This document shows positions 1 to 9,633 of a stretch of DNA of 40,479 bases, one piece after another. The translations under genes and the position numbers were made by a program. This stretch comes from Prasinococcaceae sp. CCMP 1430 (taxonomy: Eukaryota > Plantae > Prasinodermophyta). Positions within the stretch are counted from its first letter, which is position 1; each line of letters begins with the position of its first letter. The notes under the pieces are model-generated. The model saw nothing but the letters and a program-made list of their open reading frames with translations, had not been told where the DNA came from and did not search any database. The stretch covers positions 49,309 through 89,787 of the forward strand of contig RQSC01000033.1 in NCBI GenBank assembly GCA_013416795.1. Reading direction: 5' to 3'.

Positions 1-362
1 GCGCTCGCTGCCGCGACCCACCCACCCGGGTGCGTCGCCGCGCTCGCGCTCGCCCGCTCGCGCTCTCGCCTCGGGCTCAATCGAGCCGGCACACCCTGAG
101 CGAGCGCGCGCGCCCGGGAGCGCGCAAGGGCGCGGTCAGACACCCTCGCGGTCGACACATTTCCCCACGGGAGCCTTACGTATGTACCATCAGTCAGATG
201 GTGCTCGTCGTACGTGCGGTGCGCGCGCATGCACGCGCCCCATCCATCCACCACCACCACCACGTAAATCTCGTCGCGGCCGCGCGCCTGCCTGCCGGTG
301 CCTGCCCGCGTATGCTCCTGCTGCCCTCCACACTCCCAGCGTCTGTCTGTGGTCTCTCATCG

Positions 363-393
<31 letters not shown>
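363..393. repeat. Poly-C tract (31 nt)
   Basis: Read directly. Confidence 0.9.
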
Positions 394-394
<1 letters not shown>

Positions 395-805
395 CCCGCC
401 CGCCAGCGCCACCATCGATCGAGGCCGGCCACGGTTGGTCGGGTGGGACCTACGCACGTATGGCTGGCTGTGTGCTGTGATCCCGCCGCCCGCCCTGATT
501 TCGCGCGGTCGCGGAGAGTGGATAAGCCCGCCACACCCCGCGCCAAAGGTCCGAACCCGAACCCCGACGCATCCAAAATCACGTCAAAACGAATCTACCA
601 ACGCGCAAATCACAGGCCCTGAAAATTCAGACCCCAACATCGCGCGCGCGGCGCGCGCGGGCACCACAAAAAATCGGGGCGCGGCGCGTTGCGGTCGACC
701 TGAAAGGGTTTACAGTTTTCGCGTTTGCGAAGGCATTGTGACGTGCATACGGCGTGCGATGGGGTTGGGGTTGGGGCGGGCGCGAGGGGAGAGAGGAAGA
801 CAGGA

Positions 806-850
806 AGGCAGGCAGGCAGGCAGGCAGGGAGGGAGGGAGGGAGGGGGGGG
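806..850 (+). repeat. (GCAG)n/(GGGA)n microsatellite
   Basis: aggcaggcaggcaggcaggcagggagggagggagggagggggggg, read directly. Confidence 0.85.
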
Positions 851-1166
851 AAGGAGCGCGCCCGAAGCCTCCCTCGCTCCCGGCCCACCTGGGGAGCACG
901 CGCGCCGCGCGCGCCGTGCCGCGCGCCAGCAGTTCGGGCAGCGCGTGGCCCTGCCTCTTTGGCGCTGCGGTGTGTCGTCCGGCGGGCACCCGGGGACTGC
1001 GAGGAGAACCCCGAGGGGAGGTAGTTGCGGGTCGTGCGCATCGCAGTGCTGCGCGCGCCTTGCCCGGCACGCGCGCAGTGGTGCCGGGGGCTCGGCGGCA
1101 GCGGCGGCGGCGTGCCTGACGCAGCCGCAGCTTGCCGCAGACCGCCCGCAACGCACCCGCGCCGCG

Positions 1167-2693
1167 ATGGTACGAGGGGAGTTCTCGCAGGTGCTGTGGC
1201 GATGGAAGGGGCTGTTGGCTGCATTCATGTACGGTGCGTGGCGCGACGCGGGCGAATTGCAAGACGAAGCTCTGGCCGCCGCCGCACCGGGGGCGCAGCC
1301 GGCACTGCTGCGCTCCGGGGCGTGGCGCAAATCGCGCGCGCGCACCTGCTGACGCCGCGTCCTCTCGCAGGCATGATGTCAATCAGCTGCGTGTTTCTCA
1401 ACAAGGCGCTCTTCCGCCTGTGGCACTTTAAGTTCCCGGCGACCTTGGTAATGGGACAGACAGCATTCTCGCTGGGGACGATGGTGCTGCTACGGCAGGT
1501 GGGCGCAGTGAAGGGCGAGCCGTTTTCATTCCGCACGCTGCGCAAGATCTTCCCGCTGTCGTTCATGTTCCTGCTGAAGATCGTTCTGGACATGAGCGCG
1601 CTCGCTCTCATCAACATTCCGATGTATGGCGTGCTCAAGACCACAACGACACCATTTACCATGCTTGTCGACTACGTCCTCACGGGGCGCGTGTCTCCGA
1701 TGACTGTGCAGCTGCCCGTGTACGCCACGACGATCGGCGGCGTGATCGCCGGATTCGGCGACCTGACGTACGACCCGCTGGGCTACCTTATGGCCCTCAG
1801 CTCCGCGCTGGCGACGGCGGGGCACGTGGTGGTGGTTGGCAAGCTGGGCGAAGAGCTCAAGATGGACTCGTTCTCACTCCTCATGTACAACTGCATGTGG
1901 TCGCTGCCTTTCTCCCTTGTGCTCATGGTGGCGGTGGGCGAGCACGAGCGCCTGCTGAGCTTCGAGCATCTCTCGGAGGCGGGTTTCGTGGGGCTCTTCG
2001 GCATGGCGTGCGCGTCAGCGTTCCTGCTGAACCTTGCTACGTACACGTGCACCATGCTGAACGACAGCCTCACCACCAGCGTGGTCGGGCGCGCCAAGTC
2101 GATCCTACAGGGGCTGGCGGGGCTGTTCGCATTCGGGGACGTGCAGTACTCGCTGCAGAACACCCTGGGCGTGATCATCAACTGCGCCGGTGTGGCGTGG
2201 TATACGGCGGTCAAGTACAGGCTATCGGTGGAGAAGGAGCGCGCCGTCAAGCGGGGGAAGGAGGGGCTACTCGGTCACCAAGGCTCGAACGGACACAACC
2301 GCGCCCACACTCCGCACGTGGCGAGGGACGGGAGCCAAGTGGTGCTCAAGGTGAGTGCGCCGTTGCTGGCCTGCGCGAGGGCTACTCTCTCGAGGTCACG
2401 CGCGCCTCTTCCCTGCCTCGCCGGGCGTCCTCTGCGCACGCAATCTCTCTCGCGAGCCTGCGCTGATCAGCTCGCGCGCGCCGCCCAACCACCTCGCGCC
2501 CCCCCCCACACACACGGACACGATGGCCCCTCGCCTTACCTCCCGCGGCTTCTGTTAGATTGATTCGGACTACGGCGGCTCGGAGGGCGGAGACGTGGCG
2601 GACATCGAGGCGGGCGTCGAGGTCGGCGGGCGCGCTGGGGACGCGTTCCACCGCAGCGGCACGGCCGTCGGCGAGAACGGCCACCGGCGATGA
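1167..2693 (+). CDS. Nucleotide-sugar transporter (SLC35D/UTR7-like, DMT/TPT family), 3 exons
   Basis: Exons 1167-1233, 1371-2350 and 2559-2693 join in frame through GT-AG introns. Spliced protein reads LLAAFMYGMMSISCVFLNKAL...INIPMYGVLK...LNLATYTCTMLNDSLTTSVVG with about 10 hydrophobic segments. Confidence 0.88.
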
Positions 2694-3389
2694 CTGCTGC
2701 TGCGCGTACAGTACGTAAAGTAATAATTCCAGGGAGTGGTTGGCATTGCGCTGGATTTGATGGGCGCGGACCACAGCTCCCCCAGCCAGCCAGCCAGCCA
2801 GGCAGCCAGCCAGGGGGTGTTTGCTGCCCCAGTTTTTTTTCTCTCTCTCCTGATGACCGCCGCGGGAGCCGTACGTCGATGCGATGCGCAGGGTAGCAAA
2901 GTTTGGGGTTTTTGTCATCAAGCGTTGAGGTTCGGCGTTGCGCCACGAATGAAAGTGAAAGTACTATCCCTCTGTTCCGTAAAAAAAAGTAACTTGTTCG
3001 TTTTGATATAAGTATAGGGTCTTACCTCAATGGTGCATAAATTTTTGTGCGATACGTCACTTCTAATCTGTGTCGGTTAGGGTTATGACCATCGTACCGT
3101 CATTTCCCCCTGGAGAGGCGCCGCGGCCGCGCAATATCTCCTCGCCTCGCCTCGCGGGAGGGGAGGGGGGGGCGCGCGCGCGCGCGCGAAATCGCGGCCC
3201 GCGCGCCTGTTTCGGCGTTTTGGTGCGCGCGCGCGAGGGGGGGCGTCCGACGCGGGCGCGGGCGCGGCGCGGCGCGTGCGCGATATTTTTTGGTGGGAAG
3301 GGGACGACGCGGGGCGCGAGGCGAGGGCGCGAGCGCGCTGGGGGCGGGGGCCAGCGGGAGAAGAGGCGGGGCCGCGTGAGTCCGCCGCC

Positions 3390-3971
3390 ATGGCGTCGGC
3401 ACTCCTTCCTCATGCGGGAGCGGTGAGCGCGGGGGCGGGGGGAGCGGGCGGCGCGGGCGGCCCGTCGTTCCTCGGCGGCGACGGCGGCGCCATGGAGCTG
3501 TACGCGGGCTCGCGCGGGCGGCGCAAGACAGCGCCCATGGCGATTCCGCAGCGGGCCAGGGGCGAGGCGGTGAGCCCGCCTGCCTCGATGGGGTCCTCCC
3601 GCTCGCCAGTGACGGCGCTCTCGTGCACTCCTCCGCGCACGGTCGTCAGGCCCGAGATCCGGTACGAGCTGCTGACCGTGCCCGCCATCACGCGTGCCAA
3701 GCGCAAGCGCCGCGGCCGCGGAGGCGGAGGCGAAGGCGGTGATGGCGGCGGCGACGACTCCGGAGACAGTGGCGGCGGCTGGCGGGGCGGCGACGACGGT
3801 AACAACGACGGAGGTAGCGACGACGGCGACTACGGGTTCGGCGCCGGTGGCGATGGCGGCCTCTCGGCGTGGCTGTGGGGTGGCGCCGCGTTCATGGCAG
3901 CCAGAGATGTGTACGCCAAGGCGTCCACGCCCGTAGCGCCTGGCCGGACGCAGGAGGGACTGGCCGTGTGA
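3390..3971 (+). CDS. Hypothetical Gly/Asp-rich protein (193 aa)
   Basis: ATG in GCCGCCATGG context, high GC3, basic KRKRRGR patch, TGTAA at 3998. No recognisable domain. Confidence 0.6.
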   Translation: MASALLPHAGAVSAGAGGAGGAGGPSFLGGDGGAMELYAGSRGRRKTAPMAIPQRARGEAVSPPASMGSSRSPVTALSCTPPRTVVRPEIRYELLTVPAITRAKRKRRGRGGGGEGGDGGGDDSGDSGGGWRGGDDGNNDGGSDDGDYGFGAGGDGGLSAWLWGGAAFMAARDVYAKASTPVAPGRTQEGLAV

Positions 3972-4136
3972 CGCGAGCGTCCACGGTCGTGTCGCAGTGT
4001 AAATTTTTTGTATTGGTAGCAGGCACGCGCGCCCCACGCGTAGCACACGCGCGCCGGGCGCACGCAGTTGTATTATTTTATTATGGAGGTGGCGCGCGAG
4101 AGGCGCCAAGCCGTGCCGTTTCTTGGGAGCGCCGGC

Positions 4137-5420
4137 TCACGCAGGAGAGAGCAACGGCACGCGCTCCGGCGCGCGCGCCCCACCGTCGCTTGTGCCTGCC
4201 TCGACGCTGCGAACCTCCTGCTGCGCCTCCTTCCGGGAGTACGTCATCGCCTGCCCCAGGATGGTCAAGTCGAGGCACACCGTGCCGAGAGAGCCAAGTA
4301 GCCACGGCATCTTTGAGAGCACGTCGTCCCATCCCGTGGCGCGCAGCAGGATTGACAGCCCGTACGTGACGTTGCCGCCGATGGCGAAGCTGAAGAGCAA
4401 GCCGCTAAGCCCCTCGGCGGATTTGCGGCGATGGTTCTTGATAATCTGGGAGCAGCGGCTGAAGAGGTACATGATGGCGCTCACGTAGCCCAGCACCGTT
4501 CCGAGCATTTTCACGCCCGGGCTGCGCGGCGCCGGGGCGAGGCACTCGCGCGGCCCCGGCGGTGGCGAGGTCACTCCGAGGAGGACGTCACCGGCGTCCT
4601 GCAGAACCCTCATGGGCGACCCCACGCCGCCGCCGCCACCAGCCCAGCCCCCCGGGGTCGCCCACACCGTCATCCCAGCAGCGACGCACACGACGCACGC
4701 CACAGCCGTCACTGCCCCGGCCGCAGCCCCGCTCCACCCACCCTTCGCCCATCGTGCGTCGTTTCTGCCACCCGCCGCACCCCGCTGGCCCAGCCTGCCA
4801 CCTGCGCCATGCTGCCCTGCGCCGCCTGCGCTCGTCACCCCAGGCCCAGCCTCGAGCGCGTCGAACGCCTCCGAGCACGTGTCCGAGCTGTCGTCGCTGT
4901 AGTCGTCGTCCTCCGAATCCTCGTCGCCCGAAATCGCGACCTTGTAGAACAGCGTGTAGTACGTGTGCTGGCTGATTATGATGATATCCTGCAAGATGAA
5001 GTATGCCGCCGTGTACGTCTCCGTCGGCAGCTGGTCGCCGCTGAAGACTGCCCCTAAAAGGTTGGACAGGTCGCCCATGAACCACTCGAGGAGGAACGCG
5101 AAGGAGAGCGCTTCGCTGGTCTTGCGCCTGTAGTTCTCGATGAGCTGCGGGAAGAGCACAACGAGCCAACAGCTGGTGGATGCCACCCAGAACATGAACC
5201 CTGCCACGTCGGACGTGTCATACACGCAGTCGTGGAAGGTCTTGTGCACCCAGCCTACGGCGCGCTCGCCCGAGCCAGTCGGCGGGCAGAAGCACGCCCC
5301 TCTCGCCCCCGCGCCGAAGGCGCCCGCGCCGAGCAGCGCGCGCGCCGCGCCGGCAGCACCGCCGTCCCCTTCGCCCCCGCCACGCCCATGCTCACCGCCA
5401 TCGCCGCTGCCGTCCCTCCC
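4137..5420 (-). CDS. PQLC2: PQ-loop repeat vacuolar/lysosomal cationic amino-acid transporter (PQLC2/LAAT-1/Ypq-like); 5' end unresolved
   Basis: Two PQ-type loops (LFPQLIENYRRKTSEALS; SRCSQIIKNHRRKSAEGLS), N-terminal FHDCVYD motif, C-terminal ERVPLL dileucine-type sorting signal. No in-frame ATG upstream of the conserved region. Confidence 0.85.
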   Translation of the reverse strand, partial: GRDGSGDGGEHGRGGGEGDGGAAGAARALLGAGAFGAGARGACFCPPTGSGERAVGWVHKTFHDCVYDTSDVAGFMFWVASTSCWLVVLFPQLIENYRRKTSEALSFAFLLEWFMGDLSNLLGAVFSGDQLPTETYTAAYFILQDIIIISQHTYYTLFYKVAISGDEDSEDDDYSDDSSDTCSEAFDALEAGPGVTSAGGAGQHGAGGRLGQRGAAGGRNDARWAKGGWSGAAAGAVTAVACVVCVAAGMTVWATPGGWAGGGGGVGSPMRVLQDAGDVLLGVTSPPPGPRECLAPAPRSPGVKMLGTVLGYVSAIMYLFSRCSQIIKNHRRKSAEGLSGLLFSFAIGGNVTYGLSILLRATGWDDVLSKMPWLLGSLGTVCLDLTILGQAMTYSRKEAQQEVRSVEAGTSDGGARAPERVPLLSPA

Positions 5421-6620
5421 CGCGAGCCGCGCGCGCGTGACGCTGTGGCACCCCCTTCCGCCGCACCGCACCCTCACCCCCGAGCAGGACCTGGTCCAGC
5501 GGCGCAGGTAGGCCGAGCGGGTCAGGCGGGGGGCAGCGCGGCGCCGAACAAGTGGCCCACGTCGCGCCACGGGAGCGCCCGCCGGCAGCGCGCGCGCGCG
5601 CCGACCGAGGGGGCGGCGCGAACCTCAAAAAAACGCAGGTCAAAACGCACCCGGCCGACGCGCGCGCGCGCGCGGACGGGCCTAAACCCTAACTGATGAC
5701 GCGCGCGATGAGCGAAGGGGGCACCCTTTTGAGGTTCGCGACCTCGCACGGCGGCATTAAATACGGCGTTGTGACTGCAGGACGGTGAAATGCAGCACAG
5801 CACAGAGTACGCCTGGCGACTACTACGGCGAAGCTCTCCCCGTCGATCGTCGATCGATGCTCGGTCGGCATCGGCGTGAGGAAGGCGCGACGGAAGGCGG
5901 CCAAGTGGCAGCCTCTCGCTCGCTCTGTCTGTCCTCTCTCGCAGCCCTCCCGATCGATCGATAGAGAGCGCTGTAACCCTCTTTTGTGCGTGTTCGGTTC
6001 CCCTCCCGCGCTCCGAGCCAGTTCCCCGAGCCCAGCTTGGTGCCAGCCGGTGGGTGCTGTCGTGCCGGGAGGCGGGGCGGGTACGCGCATGCCGCCGGCC
6101 GCAGAGTGAAGGCCGTTTTGGGAAATTGGCCTCGAAAGTGCGAGCGCACGAGCGCGAGCGCGCGCGAAGGGGCGCGCCAAACGGGGCGCCGGACGCGCGG
6201 CGCGCGCCGGGGCTGGGGTAGGGGTGGAAGAACATGCGCGCGGGAGGGAAGGGTGGGGGGTGGGGGGGCGCGGTGCGTGCTCATGCGTCGCCGAGCGCGG
6301 TGGAGCAGGGTCGGGATGGGCAAGGCTGCTGCGGCTGGCATTGGGAGGGGAGCGCGCGCGACGGCGCGCCAGAGCACGCGCGGCGTGCCCTGAGGTTGCC
6401 GGGCGCGCCCGTGCGCCGCTGAGGTGCGGGGTCTGCCTGTGCCCGAAATAGGTGAGCTTATACGGTCAATGTGAACCATGTCGCCCCTCAGGCTCTTTCG
6501 GCGGGCGTGTACTACGAAGACGTGCTTCGAAGCACACTCTGACAGTCATGATACAGTACACAACAGCACTGGGATCTGCAACGACTTGCGATGTGCTTGG
6601 CGATTCGCGCGCCGCCCGGC

Positions 6621-7460
6621 CTACTGCCAGAACTTGTTGCCCTTCAGCACGCTGAGGCGACCAGGCCCAGCGAGCGTGAAGTACAGGAAGATGGCGGCGT
6701 ACAGATAGCTCGTCTCGTAGCTGTACGAGTGCGCCTCGACGACCGCCAGGGGAAAGCCCTCGAGGCCGGTGTCATTCAGGTGGAACTCGACCGCCAGCGC
6801 CATGGTCCCGAAGAGCGCCAGCGCCGAGGGCCGCGCAAGGATACCCAGCGCGAGGCCAGCAGGGCACAGGATCTGCGCCGCGATGGCGGCGTACGTCCAA
6901 AGCAGCGGCTGCGGCAGGAAGCCAAGGTGCTCGGCCACGACGAACTTGGCGAAACCCTCAGGATCCGTCAGCTTGTCCAGCCCATGGTGCACCATGATCA
7001 CAGACACGCCCACGCGGAGGGCGAGCGTGCCAATCTCGGCCGGCAGGTTGAGCTCCTCCGTCGCCTCGATCTTGGCGTCAGGGGTGCGAGAGAGCGAGGC
7101 GCGCCGGGGAGCGAGAAAGCAACAAGCACCGTCGGACGTTGCGACGCGCGGCGGTCAGCACACGGTGTACGGTCGCCAGTGATCATTGTTCAGCGTGGGA
7201 GCGTCGCGCAAATGGGGAAGGTGCCATCGCCTGAGCAGCTACAGACGCGCGGCCTGTGTCTGCAGTGCACGCATGGCTCCATACTGCGCGCTCGCACGTT
7301 ACGCAGGGTCGCGTCATCGCACCTTGGCGTCGGCCGCGCGGGCCGCGACACGCCGCACGCCTCGGCCAGACATTCCGTGGCGGTGCGCGCGCGCCGCGGG
7401 GCGCGCCGAGGGGCGCGACGCGAGCGCGGCGCGGCTCGAGACGAGCGCGGTCGTGGCCAT
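6621..7460 (-). CDS. DoxX-family membrane protein with plastid-type transit peptide, 2 exons
   Basis: Exon 1 7460-7323 (MATTALVSSRAALASRPSARP...), exon 2 7070-6621. MVHHGLDKL...GPGRLSV matches the DoxX pattern. Confidence 0.85.
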
Positions 7461-8153
7461 CTTGAGCGGCCGGAGATGCGCGGGGGGAGTGCGGACTGGC
7501 AGCGGCTGCAGCGCACGCGCACCCACGAGCTCGCGCAGCCGCATGTGCGCGCGCGCGCACGGGACCGCACCCCATGCACCCAATTTCAACAACCGCCGTT
7601 CGGTATGCTAATCGTCCATTTCCACTACAAAGTTTACTTTCGTATACCAATTCAACCGCATCATCCGTAATTTGAACGCTCGGGGCGGTCCGGCCGGGGG
7701 GTGGGCGTGTGGGGGGCACGCGGGCGACCGCCGTCGCTCCGCCCCTTCGCGACGCATTGGAATCCATGCCGTCACGATGCATTATATTTGATCATTGATC
7801 CCAGTTTGGATACTGCATATTCGAAGGGTCATTTGGACTCCGTGTGTGACCCTTCGCGAAGGATCGCAGGGGGCATACGTGTCCTCGTACCGTACGGCGA
7901 GGTGCACTTGTAGGAACCTGGTTACAGCATAGTGTGTACAGTACTTTCCAGGGCACGGCCGGAGCGTTTGCAGGGTCGATTGGATTCCACCCGGGCGGGT
8001 GCCCCTTCAAACGGAGGACCTGTCGATGCATACGTGTCCGCACCTGCGTCGCGCGCGCGATTCCCTCTCGTTTTGACCTCCCTCCCTCTCACCGCATTTT
8101 TTTTTTTGGTGTTGGTTGGTTGGAGGGGGTGGTGCGCCGCGCGCAAATCCGAG

Positions 8154-8180
8154 TCTAAATCTAAATCTAAATCTAAATCT
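8154..8180 (+). repeat. (TCTAAA)4 short tandem repeat
   Basis: Read directly. Confidence 0.85.
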
Positions 8181-8319
8181 GAGAGCTCCTCCGTCCGTCC
8201 GTCGATCCGCTCGGGCGGGGCGAGCGTGGAGCCTCGGCGGGGCCACACGCGGCGCGAGTGGCGCGCGGGCGAGCGGACCCCCCGGGGTGGCGGTGGCCCC
8301 TCCGCGCCCTCCGTCTCAG

Positions 8320-9228
8320 CATGGCTCGCTCGCGCATTGGGAACGCCCCGGCAGCAATCCAACTACCACGCGGCGGCGGCGCGCGCGGCCGCTGGCGCGC
8401 GACGCGCCCGAGGCGCGGACGGAGAAGGAGACAGCGGCTGTTGAGGACGCGGCCGAGCAAGGCCGGCCCGAGCCGGGCAGCGCAGGCTTCAACCAGTTCG
8501 ACCCCGCAGCGTACGTAGTGACAGCGCGCCGGATGGGTCGCGGCGTTTCGCGGCGTTTCGCGGCGCTTCGCGTGGTGTCGTGTGGCGCGCACGTGCAGTC
8601 GCGCAGGGCATGGAGGCGCTCTAGCACGCCCGTGCGCCCGTGAGCGCGTGATTGCGCGGCGAAAGGGCATCGCTGACACAAGCTCGCGCGCGCTCACCCC
8701 CACAGCACGCTCAGCCGCGCCATTACCAAGCGATGGGGCTTCGCCGGCGGCCTCGCGTTCGTTACCGCGCTCGCGCTCGGAGACGCCGTCGAGATAGGCG
8801 AGGCGCTGCTGCGCGGCGGCAACGCGAGTGAGGGCACGGGGGAGACCGTGACGACGTCGTCGGGCCTGCAGTACGTCGACACCAACGTGGTCAAGGGCGG
8901 CACCGCACCTGAGGCGGGTCCCGGACTGCTGGTCGGCCTTCACTTGAAAGTGACCGTGGAGGACAGCGGCGAGCTGCTGCTGGACACGAGGAAGACCGGC
9001 AGGCCGGTCGCGTGGGTCTACGGGAAGAAGTTCGCCACGCCCATCTGCGATGGCGTGGTCGAGGGCGTGGCCGGCCTCAAGCCAGGCGCGCGGCGCACGC
9101 TCGTCGTGCCACCGTCGCTCGGCTTTGGCTCGGTGGGCGCGATCTTCCCCAACGAGAACGTCGTCCCGCGGGACGCGTCGCTCGTCTACGAGATGGAGGT
9201 GCTCACGGTGTCGCCGAACTGGCAGTGA
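8320..9228 (+). CDS. Thylakoid FKBP-type peptidyl-prolyl isomerase (FKBP17-2/17-3-like); start unresolved
   Basis: Intron 8511-8705 gives FNQFDPAATLSRAITKRWGFAGGLAFV (hydrophobic lumen signal), then an FKBP domain (TTSSGLQYVD...EGVAGLKPGARRTLVVPPSLGFG...LVYEMEV). Confidence 0.8.
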
Positions 9229-9531
9229 TGGCCCGGGCGCCGGACGCGAGCTCGCGCATCGTCACTGCACTAGCTAGGTAACCAAACTTTGCGGCTGAGG
9301 TGGCGCGCGAGGCGAGCCCGTTGCGCTTGTGTTCGAGGGTTGGTGAAGGAAAGTGTGTTCAGGTCAGTGCCACCGCCCTCCCTCGCCTACGAGGGGAAGG
9401 CGGCACACCTGCGCGTCCGGGAAGCATGCATGGGCGCGCGCTCGCGAGCGCGGCCCGTTGCGGACGCCGATGCGGTACTTGCTGCTTGTTTCTTGCTGGA
9501 AGGTGCTTCGCAGAGTTGTGCGTGGCCATCA

Positions 9532-9591
9532 ATCCATCCATCCATCCATCCATCCATCCATCCATCCATCCATCCATCCATCCATCCATCC
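9532..9591 (+). repeat. (ATCC)~15 microsatellite between convergent FKBP and GH1 genes
   Basis: Read directly. Confidence 0.95.
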
Positions 9592-9633
9592 TACAATATC
9601 TACCGTGCATCGCCAAGCACATGTGAACCACCT

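Noticed and set aside
198-216. Possible micro-exon ATG GTG CTC GTC followed by a GTACGT donor
   Set aside because: No downstream exon could be linked to it.
30-1352. 440-aa ORF and other long ORFs across the left intergenic region
   Set aside because: Start at GTG/TTG, run through poly-C and microsatellites, and give Arg/Ala/Pro junk.
5780-6400. Possible spliced + strand gene using the strong CTCTCTCGCAG acceptor at ~5944
   Set aside because: No joined frame gives coding-like codon usage or a recognisable protein.
8154-8180. (TCTAAA)4 as a telomere variant or telomerase template
   Set aside because: Only four units, does not match CCCTAAA, and has no telomerase-RNA context.
8501-8706. Near-repeat ACCCC(G/A)CAGC at the FKBP intron ends, and GTGCAG at NUP1 intron 2
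   Set aside because: Explained by the normal acceptor consensus. The FKBP repeat is offset by one base and would not restore frame as a TSD.
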